A stretch of DNA of 64,000 nt, taken from the NCBI GenBank assembly GCA_963700555.1, contig CAVOXZ010000016.1, positions 41,891 through 105,890 on the forward strand, read 5' to 3'. Position numbers and translations under genes: made by a program. Under the pieces are notes generated by a model that was not told the origin of the DNA, did no database searches, and worked only from the letters and a program-made list of their open reading frames with translations. Shown here in pieces: positions 10,108 to 19,952 of the stretch (position 1 is its first letter; each line of letters starts with the position of its first letter). The stretch is from an uncultured Chloroflexia bacterium (GTDB lineage Bacteria; Chloroflexota; Limnocylindria; Limnocylindrales; CSP1-4).

Positions 10108-11712
10108 TGGCCCCCCCGGCCGGATCCCTGACGGGGGATCCGGACCTGGGAGGAGGCCCGGAACAGGCCGGCGCGCTCGAGGTCTTCCGCAACCGCCCGT
10201 TCCTGCTGCTCTGGCTCAGCCAGCTGTTCACGCAGATCGGCGGCAACATGGTGCTGTTCGGGCTGACGGTCATCGTCCTCGAGACGACCCGCTCGAACAC
10301 CGCGGTCAGCTTCCTGATCCTGACCTTCCTGGTTCCCGCGGTGATGTTCTCCGCGGTCGCGGGCGTCTACGTCGACCGGTTCGACCGGCGCATCGTCCTC
10401 GTCGCGACCAACGTGATCCGGGCCGCGCTGTTCGTCATCCTGTGGATCGCGGGCGACTTCCTGCTGATCCTGCTGCTCGTCAACGTGATGATCTCGACCG
10501 TGACGGTGTTCTTCGCGCCGGCCGAGGCGTCGATGATCCCGCAGCTGGTGCCGCGCCGGCAGCTGATCACGGCCAATGGCGTGTTCACCCTGACCCTCAA
10601 TGCGGCGTTTGCCGTGGGCTATGCCCTGCTGGGGTCCATCGTGGTCACCCTGGTCGGTCCGCAGGGATTGATCCTGGTGGTTGCCGCGTTCTTCCTGGTG
10701 GCCGCCCTGTTCTGCTGGTGGCTGCCACCGGCACCCCCGATCGCAAGGCCGGCGCACGGCCGAGCCGGAGGAGCACCACCACCTCCTCGACTCCGACGCC
10801 GGCAGGGCGATGGGCTCGACGTTCGACCAGCTGCGGGAGGGCATCGGGTTCATCCGCGAGAACCGCGCCATCACCTGGTCGCTCGTCTACCTCGGGATCG
10901 CCGCGTCGCTGGTCGGCGTGCTGGGCGTGCTGGGACCGGACTTCGCGATCAAGTCCCTGGGCCTCGAGGCCAAGGACTTCGCGGTGGTCGTCCTGCCGCT
11001 CGCGTTCGGCATCGTGACCGGGATCCTGCTGCTCAACTCGTTCGGGCACCTGCTGCCCCGGCGGCGGATCATCGAGGGCGGCCTGATCGCCCTTGGCATC
11101 TTCGTGTTCCTGATCGTCGGGGCCGGTCCGCTCTCGAGGTTCCTGCAGACGGCCGAGGAGGCCGCCGGGCTCGTCTCGCTGGCCGACTTCACCTCGCTGC
11201 TCGCCCTGGTCGTGTTCATCGCGCTGCTGGCCGGCGTCGCCTACGCCTGCGTGGCCATCCCGGCGCAGACACAGCTCCAGGAGGAGATCCCGACCGACGT
11301 GCGAGGGCGCGTGTTCGGCGTGCTCAACATGCTGGTGTCCACGTCGAGCCTCGCTCCGATCATCGTCGTCGGCCCGCTCTCCGACCTGCTCGGGACCACG
11401 AACGTCCTGTATGCGGTCGCGATCGCCATCTTCCTGAGCGGCATCCTGTCGATCGTCCGTCGCGGCCCGCTGAAGCCCGCCGAGGCCCGCCAGACCGCGT
11501 CCGGCCCGATGAAGCCCGCCGGCCTGGATCCCGTCGCGGTGGCCACGGCCGCCGAGGTGGAGGCAAGCGAACGCCGGGCGGCGCTCAAGGCCGCCAGTGA
11601 GGCGCTCGCGGCGGAGGCCGAAACGGAGCCGGATGCGAGCAGGCTGGCGACGCGCGGAGCGACGTCGCCTCCAGAGGCCCTTGGGCGAGGCGATCCGTCC
11701 GAGGACGAATAG
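10104..11712 (+). CDS. MFS transporter (frameshift near 10760)
   Basis: FRNRPFLLLWLSQLFTQIG, AGVYVDRFDRR motif A, QTQLQEEIPTDVRGRVFG; about 12 TMs over two frames. Confidence 0.85.
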
Positions 11713-11716
11713 GACC

Positions 11717-13370
11717 ATGTCGCGGCGCGGCCTGATCATTGCCGGGCGGATTGCCACCCTGGCCGGAGACGCGGGGCCCGGCTGGGCCGAGGCGATCGCG
11801 GTCGACGACGGGCGCGTGGTCGCGGCCGGGTCGATTGACGAGGCAACGGCGGCCCTGGACGCGGGGGCCGCTCGACTCCGGCTGGCGCCCGACGAGGTGG
11901 CGATCCCGGGCCTGACCGATGCCCACCTGCACCTCGCGGAGGCGGCGCTGGCACGGGCCCGGGTCCAGCTGGAAGGGACGGACTCGATCGATGCCCTGGT
12001 CGACCGGGTCCGAGCGGCGGTGGACGTCCGGAGGGACCCGGATCAGTGGATCGAGGGCGCCGGCTGGGACGCTGACACGCTGGGCCGGTGGCCCACGGCT
12101 GACGATCTCGAGCGCGCGGCGCCAGGCCGCCTGGCGGCCATCTGGGCGCACGACCACCACGCGCTCCTCGCCAGCCGGGCAGCGCTGGCCATCGCGGGGA
12201 TCGATGAGGGCACGCCGGACCCGGATGGGGGCGTCATCCGGCGGGATCCGGACGGACAGGCAACCGGCGTCCTCCACGAGACAGCGGCGCGCATGGTCGC
12301 ACGACATGTCCCTCCGGCCAACGCTGACGACATCGCCGCGGCGCTCGTCACGATCGTCGGGGAGCTCCTGGCCCTGGGTGTCGTCGCCGTCCACGACCCG
12401 GGAGGGCTCAGCGAGCGGGCGGACCTTGGTGGATCGATCGCGGCGTACCGATCCCTCGCGTCGGCGGGGACGCTCGGGGTGCGGGTCCACGCGTGCGTGC
12501 GTCCCGAGCAGCTCGACGCGGCCGTCCGAGGCGGGGCTGCGGAGCGGAGGCCCCATCGGGCCGGATCCGCTGGACCGCCTGCGCCTCGGCTGGCTCAAGA
12601 CGTTCGCGGACGGGTCGCTCGGATCGCGCACCGCGGCGCTGCTCGAGCCGCTCGAGCGTGCACCGGGGGAGCCCGAGCCACCCAACGGCGGCTACGGCGT
12701 CTGGATGACGACACCCGACGAGCTGCGCCGGCAGGCAGACCGGGCTGCCGCCCTGGGGATCACGACCCAGATCCACGGGATCGGCGATGCCGCCGTCCGG
12801 GCCGCGCTCGACGCGCTGGCCCCGACCGTCGGCCGCACGGCCCTGATGCCCAGGGTCGAGCACACGCAGCTCGTGCATCCCGCCGACATCCCGCGGTTCG
12901 CGGAGCTCGGCATCGCGGCCAGCATGCAGCCCGTCCACATCCGCTCGGATGCCGGCAAGGCGCGGCGGCTGTGGGGGGATCGGGCCGACGCCTGGACCTA
13001 TGCGATCGGAGCGCTCGATCGGGCCGGGGCCGTGATCGCGTTCGGCACCGATGCGCCGGTCGAGCCGGTCGATCCGTGGCCGGGTCTCGCCTGCGCGGTG
13101 ACCCGCGCCGCCCCAGGCTGGCCGGCCGGGATGCCGCCGCTGGGCCCAGGCCATGCGCTCCCGCTGTGGCGGGCGATCCGGGCCGCCTGTCTCGACCCCG
13201 CGCTCACGGCCGCCGAGCACGACCGCGGCAGGCTGGTGGCGGGCCACCGGGCGGATATCGTGATCCTCCCGGCAGCGGCGCTGGCGGAACCGGCCGAGGT
13301 GGGAGGCGCGCTGTGGAGCGCCCGGCCGCGGCTGGTCCTGGTGGACGGCGAGGTGGTGGCGGAGCGATAG
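11717..13370 (+). CDS. Amidohydrolase family 3 (YtcJ-like) metal-dependent hydrolase (frameshift near 12530)
   Basis: PGLTDAHLH, KTFADGSLGSRTA, HGIGDAA, RVEH, FGTDAPV motifs. Confidence 0.85.
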
Positions 13371-13397
13371 CGGGGCAGCCGTCGCCGACCGGGAGGC

Positions 13398-14780
13398 TCA
13401 GCCGTCCAGCGCGGCCTTCGCCTCGGCGAACAGGCCGTTGAGGATCCGCGAGGTGGACGGGAACGCGTGGATCGTCTCCGCGAGCACGTCGACCGGCACG
13501 CGGGCCCGGATCGCGAGCACGCACTCGTGGATCGCCGCCGAGGCGTCCGGGCAGGCCATCGCGGCCCCCACGAGCTCGCGCGTCGACCGGTCCACCACGA
13601 TGGTCACGTGGCCGGTCTCCGCTTCGACGGAGAAGCCCTTGGCCGTCTGGGGGAAGGCCGCCACGCACTCGAACGCGTCAAGACCCGCTTCCAGCGCCTG
13701 GTCCAGCGTGAGGCCGACCGACGCCGCCTCGGGCGTCATGTACGTGGCCCGGGGCAGGGCGCGGTAGTCCGGAACCACGGCCTCGCCCAGCGCCATCCGC
13801 GCGACGAGCTCGCCCTGGTAGTGCGCCTGGTGGGTATGGAGCTCCGGCCCCGCGGGATCTCCCGCGACCCACAGGCCGTCTGCCAGCCTGAGCGAGCCAT
13901 CTCGCCGATACGCAGCCGGCCCCGAGACCCGCACGCCGTAGTGCTCGAGGCCCAGGTCGTCGAGCGGGAAGACCCGGCCGACCGCCAGCAGGATGGCATG
14001 GCCCTCGGCGGTGGAGCCGTCATCGAGGTCGATCACGTGCGCGCCGTCGGCGCCCTCGCCGGCCCGGGCCCCCACCGCCCGGACGCCGGTCCGCACCCGG
14101 ACGCCGTCACGGTCCAGCACGAACCGGATCGTCTCCGCGCTTCGCGGATGCTCGGTCGGGACCAGGCGCGGACCCGACTGCACGATGGTCACCGGGACGC
14201 CGAACCGAGCGTAGACCTGGGCGAGCTCGCAGCCGGTGGGGCCGCCGCCGAGGACGAGCAGGCTCCGGGGCAGCTCCCGGGCAAGCGTCGCCTCGCGGTT
14301 GGTCCAGGGCTTCGTGGCCTCCAGACCCGGGATCGGGGGGACCTTCGAGGTCGAGCCGACCGCGACGACGACGTGGCGGGCGCGCAGCTCGTGGGTGACC
14401 CCGTCGTGGGTCACCTCGACCACGCCGCGGGCCGTGATCCGCCCGGTCCCACGCCAGGGCGTCGCTCCGGCTGCGCGCAGCCGTTCGACGTGCGAGGCGT
14501 CATCCGGCTCGGCGGCGCCCGGAGCCCGGTTGACCATGTAGTCGCGACGGGCCGATGCCCGGGCCCACGAGTAGTCCGTCCCCGAGGCGCGCCGTTCCGC
14601 CGCGTGGAGCAGCGATTTCGAGGGAACGCAGCCCACGTGCGGGCAGGAGCCACCGAACCACTCCTGGTCCACGATGGCAACGGAGGCACCGAGGGCGCGG
14701 GCCTTGTGGGCAGCCGCCTCGCCCGCCGGACCGGCGCCGATGATCACGAAGTCCAGGGATTCCATGCCCGCCATGGTCAC
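13398..14780 (-). CDS. Class I pyridine nucleotide-disulfide oxidoreductase (Lpd/MerA-like)
   Basis: GAGPAG, GGSCPHVGCVPSK redox disulfide, GGGPTGCE, C-terminal HAFP. Confidence 0.85.
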   Translation of the reverse strand: MTMAGMESLDFVIIGAGPAGEAAAHKARALGASVAIVDQEWFGGSCPHVGCVPSKSLLHAAERRASGTDYSWARASARRDYMVNRAPGAAEPDDASHVERLRAAGATPWRGTGRITARGVVEVTHDGVTHELRARHVVVAVGSTSKVPPIPGLEATKPWTNREATLARELPRSLLVLGGGPTGCELAQVYARFGVPVTIVQSGPRLVPTEHPRSAETIRFVLDRDGVRVRTGVRAVGARAGEGADGAHVIDLDDGSTAEGHAILLAVGRVFPLDDLGLEHYGVRVSGPAAYRRDGSLRLADGLWVAGDPAGPELHTHQAHYQGELVARMALGEAVVPDYRALPRATYMTPEAASVGLTLDQALEAGLDAFECVAAFPQTAKGFSVEAETGHVTIVVDRSTRELVGAAMACPDASAAIHECVLAIRARVPVDVLAETIHAFPSTSRILNGLFAEAKAALDG

Positions 14781-15632
14781 CGGCCCGTCAAGCGGTGTCC
14801 GGCGGGTGCTCCACGCTGGCGCCGGGCCTCGTACAGCAGCACGGCCGCGGTGGTCGACACGTTGAGGCTGTCGGCCACCCCCAGCATCGGCACCCGGACC
14901 GGGGTCACCGCCGGGTCATCCCATCCCGCGGCGAGCCCGTCCGCCTCGCTCCCGAGCACGATTGCCACGCCCCCGGTGAGGTCGACCTCGGTGTAGGGGA
15001 GCGGGGCGTCGACCCGCGCCGCGACAAGGCGGACGCCGGCGGTCATCAGCCGGTCCCGCACCTCGGGGCTGCCGCCGGCCGCGAGCGGCACCGAGAAGAT
15101 CGTCCCCAGCGAGGCGCGCACGCGCGTTGGGATTGAACAGGTCCGTCCGCGGATCGGCGACGATCACGGCGTCCGCCCCGGCGCCATCGGCGCTGCGCAG
15201 CACGGCGCCCAGGTTGCCCGGCTTCTCGACGCCCTCGAGGACCACCACGAGGGGGTCCGGCGGCAGGACCAGGGCCGTCGAGCGAGAGGTCCGGGATCAC
15301 GACCGTCGCCACGACGCCCTCGGAGCGGTCCCCGTAGGCCAGGTGGTCCAGCACCGGGCCCGAGACCCTGATCACCTCGGCCCCGGCCGCCCGGGCGCTC
15401 GCGACAGCCGCCGCGCCCTCCGGGGACAGCCGCGCCTCGTCGACATAGCAGTCCACGATCCTCGCGCCAGCCCTGGAGCGCGCGGGCCAGCTCGCGCACG
15501 CCGTCGATCAGCGTCTGCCCGGCAGTCTCGCGTGCGCGCCGGTCCCGCAAGGGCCGCCACAGCCCGGATTCGCGGGTTCCTCGTGCTGCTGATGGAGGCG
15601 CCGGAGTGGGGGACCGGCAGCGAGGGGCTCAC
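14777..15632 (-). CDS. TrmH/SpoU family RNA methyltransferase (frameshifted)
   Basis: ISSTRNPRI, EKPGNLGAVLRSADGAG, LGSEADGL, PMLGVADSLNVS across frames. Confidence 0.85.
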
Positions 15633-16466
15633 CGGCGGGGCCCGCGTGCCCACGCGCCGAGCGGCAGGCGGGATCCGGCGCGGCTTTCCACGATCATCGC
15701 CTCCCCCTCGGCCGGCACCCCGAAGTGCTCCCGGACGAGTGCCGCCAGCCGATCGCCCTCCAGGCCCGGCGTGTGGGCACTCAGGAGCACAAGGGACGGC
15801 CGGGGTCCGGCCAGCGCGGCCAGGTCGGCAAGCAGGGGCTCGAGGTCCGCCTCGATCCGCCACGCCCCATCCCCGTGACCGTACGTCGGCGGGTCGAGCA
15901 CCACGCCGTCGTAGTGGCGGCCCCGGCGACGCTCGCGCCGGACGAAGGCCCGGGCATCGTCCACCAGCCACCGGACCGGGCGCGCCCTCGAGGTCCGAGA
16001 GCCCGGCGTTGCGACGCGCCCAGGCGACCGCGGGCCGGGACGCGTCGACGTGGGCGACCCTGGCCCCGGCCCTGGCACAGGAGAGGGTCGCGCCACCGGT
16101 GTAGCCGAACAGCGACAGGATCTCGGGCGGCCTGCCCAGGGTCTCGGTCGCACGACGCACCTCGCGCCCGAGCCAGCCCCAGGTGGAGACGTGCTCGGGG
16201 AACACGCCCAGCTGGCCGCCCGCCGCGGGCCGGCACTCGAGCGTCAGGCCCCCGGTGCGGACCGTCCAGGGGTCGATCGGCTCGCCGCGACCCGGGCCCT
16301 TGCGGATCCAGGCGCCGCGCTCCCAGCGCAGGTCGGCGCGTGCCCAGTCCGCGGGCGGCAGGCGGGGGATCCAGTCCGCGACTGGCGCCGGGCGGTCCAC
16401 GACCAGGGATCCGAACCGCTCGAGCCGGCGGCCGCCGCCGCAGTCGATGAGCTCGAGGTCAGGCAT
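15629..16466 (-). CDS. Class I SAM-dependent methyltransferase (RlmI/RlmK-like) (frameshifted)
   Basis: ELIDCGGGRRLERFG, GVFPEH, LSLFGYTGGATL, HVDAS, YDGVVLDPPTYGHG. Confidence 0.8.
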
Positions 16467-16721
16467 GGCGCCATCGTCGCACGATCCACGGAGACGGCGT
16501 GCGGAGCCGGTGTCCCGGCCCCAGGGCCCGACGCCGAAGCAGGGGTCGCCCCTGCCGGAACGACCACCAAGGCGCCACCGCAATCGTGTAGCGTGCTCCG
16601 TATCCACCCCGGCAAGCGGCGCAAGCGTTCCCGGGTTGGGGGGATCGGAACTGGCCCGATGAGGGTCGGGCCTGGATCGCGACGCTGTCTCCTGCCGGCA
16701 CCACCCAGGAAGGGAGGAGGC

Positions 16722-16904
16722 ATGGCCCGAGAGGATGAGGCCGAGCTCAAGAGGCTGCTCAGCGAGCGCCTGGAGCTGGTCAACAGCGACCCCACGTACG
16801 AGGGTGCGGAACCCACATCGCGAGACCAGCTGGTACTGGCCATCGTCGGTCTGGGCATCCCCGCGATCCTCATGATCGGAGGGTGGGTGCTCTATGGCGG
16901 CTAA
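16722..16904 (+). CDS. Small (60 aa) single-TM protein, first gene of the NCS1 operon
   Basis: Strong GGAGGAGG RBS, coding-like codon bias, C-terminal hydrophobic helix, stop overlaps start of the permease. Confidence 0.7.
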   Translation: MAREDEAELKRLLSERLELVNSDPTYEGAEPTSRDQLVLAIVGLGIPAILMIGGWVLYGG

Positions 16905-18339
16905 CGCTGGCACCCCCCAGGACGTCACTGCCATCCACAATGCCGTCGAAGGCAGCTGGCCGGTCGTGCCCAGGGAGCGGAACTGGGGCCTGATCGGCAT
17001 CTTCGGCGTCACCCTGTCTGCCGGCATCGCCGCGTGGAGCTACTCGATCGGCGGCGCGGTCTCCTGGTACCTCCCGGCGGGGCTCGGCACCATCGCGATG
17101 CTCGCCGGCGCGCTCGTCGGCATGTACTTCGTGACGCTCGCCGCGATGCCGGTGAGCGTGAAGTACGGCATCGACACGATCGCCGCCAGCAAGCCGATCT
17201 TCGGCTTCCGGGGATCGGCGTTTGCGATCTTCGTGCAGTTCGCGTCGATCGTCGGCTGGAACTGCCTGCTGATCATCCTGTTCGGCCGCGCGACGGCGAA
17301 CGTCCTCGAGGCGGCCGGGATCATCACCACGGACCTCACCTACGCGGTCTCGGTCGTCGTCTCCCTGGTGACCATCGCGATCGCCTACGTCATGGTCATC
17401 GGCGGCGCGGACTCCATCCGCAACAACTCGGTGTGGATCGCGATCGCGGTGGCCGCCGCGGGCGCCATCGTGTTCGTCATGCTCATCGTCAACACCGGCT
17501 GGGACGCGATCACGGCCGGCGAGCCCGCCTACGCCAGCGGCAACCTCCACCTCGACTACATCCTGGGCTTCGAGATCCTGGTCGCCACGGTCCTGTCCTG
17601 GTGGCCGTACATGGGCGGGATCATGCGGATGGGCAAGAGCGTCAGCCAGGCGATGCTGCCCTCGATGATCTGCCTCGGCCTGGTCACCGGTGTCGTCGGG
17701 CTCATCGGCCTGTACGCCAGCCTCGCCACGGGCGACGCCGATCCGTCGGTGTCGTTCGTCAAGATCACCGGCGTCTGGCTGGGCATCGTGGCCGTCCTGT
17801 TCATCGGCCTGGCCAACATCGGGACCGCCATCGTCGGCGTGTACGCCACGATGATCGGCCTCAAGCAGGTGCCCGCCCTCCAGTTCCGCCTCGAGTGGCG
17901 CTGGCTGGCGCTGATCGTCCTGGGCCCGGTGGCCCTGATCGCGGCCCTGATCCCCAACCAGTTCTACGACAACATCCTGACCTTCATGTACCTGCTGGGC
18001 GTCGTGTTCGCGCCCATCGTCGCTGTCCAGATCGTCGACTACTACCTGTTCCGCAAGCAGAAGGTGGACGTGCCCGCGCTGTACGACACGTCCTCGAAGA
18101 GCAAGTACCACTTCTGGCTGGGGGTCAACCCCGCCGCCTTCATCTCGGTCGCGGTGGGCATGTTCTCGTACTGGCTCCTGCTCGACCCGGTCACCTACGA
18201 GAACCGGTTGATCGTCAACGACGTCAACGCCTTCCAGTGGCTCAGTGCCTCCATCCCGGCCATCGTCGTGACGGGCGTGGTCTACTGGATCCTCACCCGC
18301 CTCATCGTCATCCCGATGAAGAAGGGCGGCTACGAGTAG
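16894..18339 (+). CDS. NCS1 / cytosine-permease family transporter
   Basis: 481 aa, about 12 TMs; KYGIDT..SKPIFGFRGS, IVGWN, SWWPY, FAPIVAVQIVDYY, YHFWLGVNPAA. Confidence 0.8.
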   Translation: MAANAGTPQDVTAIHNAVEGSWPVVPRERNWGLIGIFGVTLSAGIAAWSYSIGGAVSWYLPAGLGTIAMLAGALVGMYFVTLAAMPVSVKYGIDTIAASKPIFGFRGSAFAIFVQFASIVGWNCLLIILFGRATANVLEAAGIITTDLTYAVSVVVSLVTIAIAYVMVIGGADSIRNNSVWIAIAVAAAGAIVFVMLIVNTGWDAITAGEPAYASGNLHLDYILGFEILVATVLSWWPYMGGIMRMGKSVSQAMLPSMICLGLVTGVVGLIGLYASLATGDADPSVSFVKITGVWLGIVAVLFIGLANIGTAIVGVYATMIGLKQVPALQFRLEWRWLALIVLGPVALIAALIPNQFYDNILTFMYLLGVVFAPIVAVQIVDYYLFRKQKVDVPALYDTSSKSKYHFWLGVNPAAFISVAVGMFSYWLLLDPVTYENRLIVNDVNAFQWLSASIPAIVVTGVVYWILTRLIVIPMKKGGYE

Positions 18340-18409
18340 CCTGACCCGGTTCCGGGGCGGCGGCGGGCATCACGCCCACGTCGCCCCTGGGCCCCACAGG
18401 GAGCACCAC

Positions 18410-19873
18410 ATGGCCATCGCAACACGGAATGCCCTCGAGAAGAAGGTCCTCATCGGCGGTGAGTGGGTCGAGTCCGAGAGTGGCGAGCGATTCGAGGTCT
18501 ACTCCCCGGGCGACGGAAGCCTGGTCGGCACGCTGCCCAAGTGCACCGAGAAGGACGTCCAGAACGCGATCGCTGCGGCAACGGAAGGTCAGAAGGCGCT
18601 CGCCAAGCTGTCGGTCAAGCGGCGAGCGGAGATGCTCCACCGGGCGTCCGCGATTGCCGAGCGACGAGCGGAGGAGGACGCGATCGTCCTCTGCCGCGAG
18701 GTCGGCAAGACGATCCGCGAGGCCCGTGACGAGATCCGCACCTACTCCAACCCGCACTTCATCGAGGCCGCCGAGGGCCTCAAGCGGATGCGCGGGCTCG
18801 TCCACCCGTCCACCCAGGAGGACTCGAACGACAAGCGGATCCTCGTGACCCACGAGCCGATCGGCGTCGTGGGCGTGATCTCGCCCTGGAACTGGCCGAA
18901 CGACATCCCCAACATCGCCGCCAGCCACGGCCTCGCGGCCGGCAATGCCGTCATCCTCAAGCCTGCCTCCACGACCCCGTTCTCGGCGGTTGCGGTGGCC
19001 GAGATCTACGAGGAGGCGGGGTTCCCGCCGGGCTCCGTGAGCGTGATCACCGGGCCGGGCCCCACGGTCGGCGCCGAGCTGGTCCGCAACCCGGGCACCA
19101 ACGCGATCAGCTTCACCGGTGAGACGACGACGGGGGAGTACCTGACCCAGATCGCCGGCATCAAGCGCCTGCTCCTGGAGCTGGGCGGCAACGGCCCGCT
19201 GGTCGTGATGGACGACGCGAACCTCGACGCGGCCGTCGAGGCGACGATCACCGGCTGCTTCTACCTGGCCGGCCAGGTGTGCACGGCGTCGGAGCGGATC
19301 CTCGTCCACCACAAGGTCCACGACGAGTTCGTGGACAAGCTCCTGGCCCGGACGAAGCAGGTCAAGGTCGGCAATCCTCTCGACGAGGACACCGACATGG
19401 GCCCGCTCAACAATGCCCAGAACGCTGCCAAGGTCCAGGCGCACATCGATGATGCCCGCGCCCGTGGCGGCAAGTTCCTGACCGGCGGCGGCTCCAAGGG
19501 ACTCTACTTCGAGCCCACGATCGTGGACGGGGTCACGTCCGACTTCCTCATGGCGCGCGACGAGACCTTCGGCCCGGTCGCGCCGATCATGACCTTCGGC
19601 ACCATCGACGAGGCGATCGAGATCGCCAACGAGACGCCGTACGGGCTCCAGGGGGCCGCCTTCACCAGCAGCCTGCGCAACGCATTCCTGCTCGGCGAGG
19701 GCATCCGCTGCGGCACCGTGCTCATCAACGAGTCCAACAACTACTGGGACCAGCTGGCGCCGTTCGGCGGCATGAAGCGGAGCGGCCTCGGCCGCGAGCT
19801 CTCGGACTGGATCTTCGCCGAGCTCACCGAGGTCAAGCAGATCAGCATCGACATCACCAAGGTCAAGCAGTAG
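18410..19873 (+). CDS. NAD(P)-dependent aldehyde dehydrogenase
   Basis: ISPWNWP, LKPAS, FTGET, LELGGNG, GQVCTA (catalytic Cys), ETFGPV, PFGGMKRSG. Confidence 0.92.
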   Translation: MAIATRNALEKKVLIGGEWVESESGERFEVYSPGDGSLVGTLPKCTEKDVQNAIAAATEGQKALAKLSVKRRAEMLHRASAIAERRAEEDAIVLCREVGKTIREARDEIRTYSNPHFIEAAEGLKRMRGLVHPSTQEDSNDKRILVTHEPIGVVGVISPWNWPNDIPNIAASHGLAAGNAVILKPASTTPFSAVAVAEIYEEAGFPPGSVSVITGPGPTVGAELVRNPGTNAISFTGETTTGEYLTQIAGIKRLLLELGGNGPLVVMDDANLDAAVEATITGCFYLAGQVCTASERILVHHKVHDEFVDKLLARTKQVKVGNPLDEDTDMGPLNNAQNAAKVQAHIDDARARGGKFLTGGGSKGLYFEPTIVDGVTSDFLMARDETFGPVAPIMTFGTIDEAIEIANETPYGLQGAAFTSSLRNAFLLGEGIRCGTVLINESNNYWDQLAPFGGMKRSGLGRELSDWIFAELTEVKQISIDITKVKQ

Positions 19874-19952
19874 CAGACACCGGGAGCGGAGACGTGGTCC
19901 CGCTCCTGCCGATCCGCGGCCTCCCGCCGGCCGTCCCGGCCGGAGGCCGCGC

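Noticed and set aside
13398-14780. Possible mercuric reductase (merA)
   Set aside because: No C-terminal Cys-Cys pair, no N-terminal HMA domain and no mer genes nearby; kept as a generic disulfide oxidoreductase.
16585-16600. TAGCGTGCT shared with the his operator, hinting the NCS1 operon is HisR-regulated
   Set aside because: A single 9-mer with no palindrome or tandem repeat; more simply a -10 element or chance.
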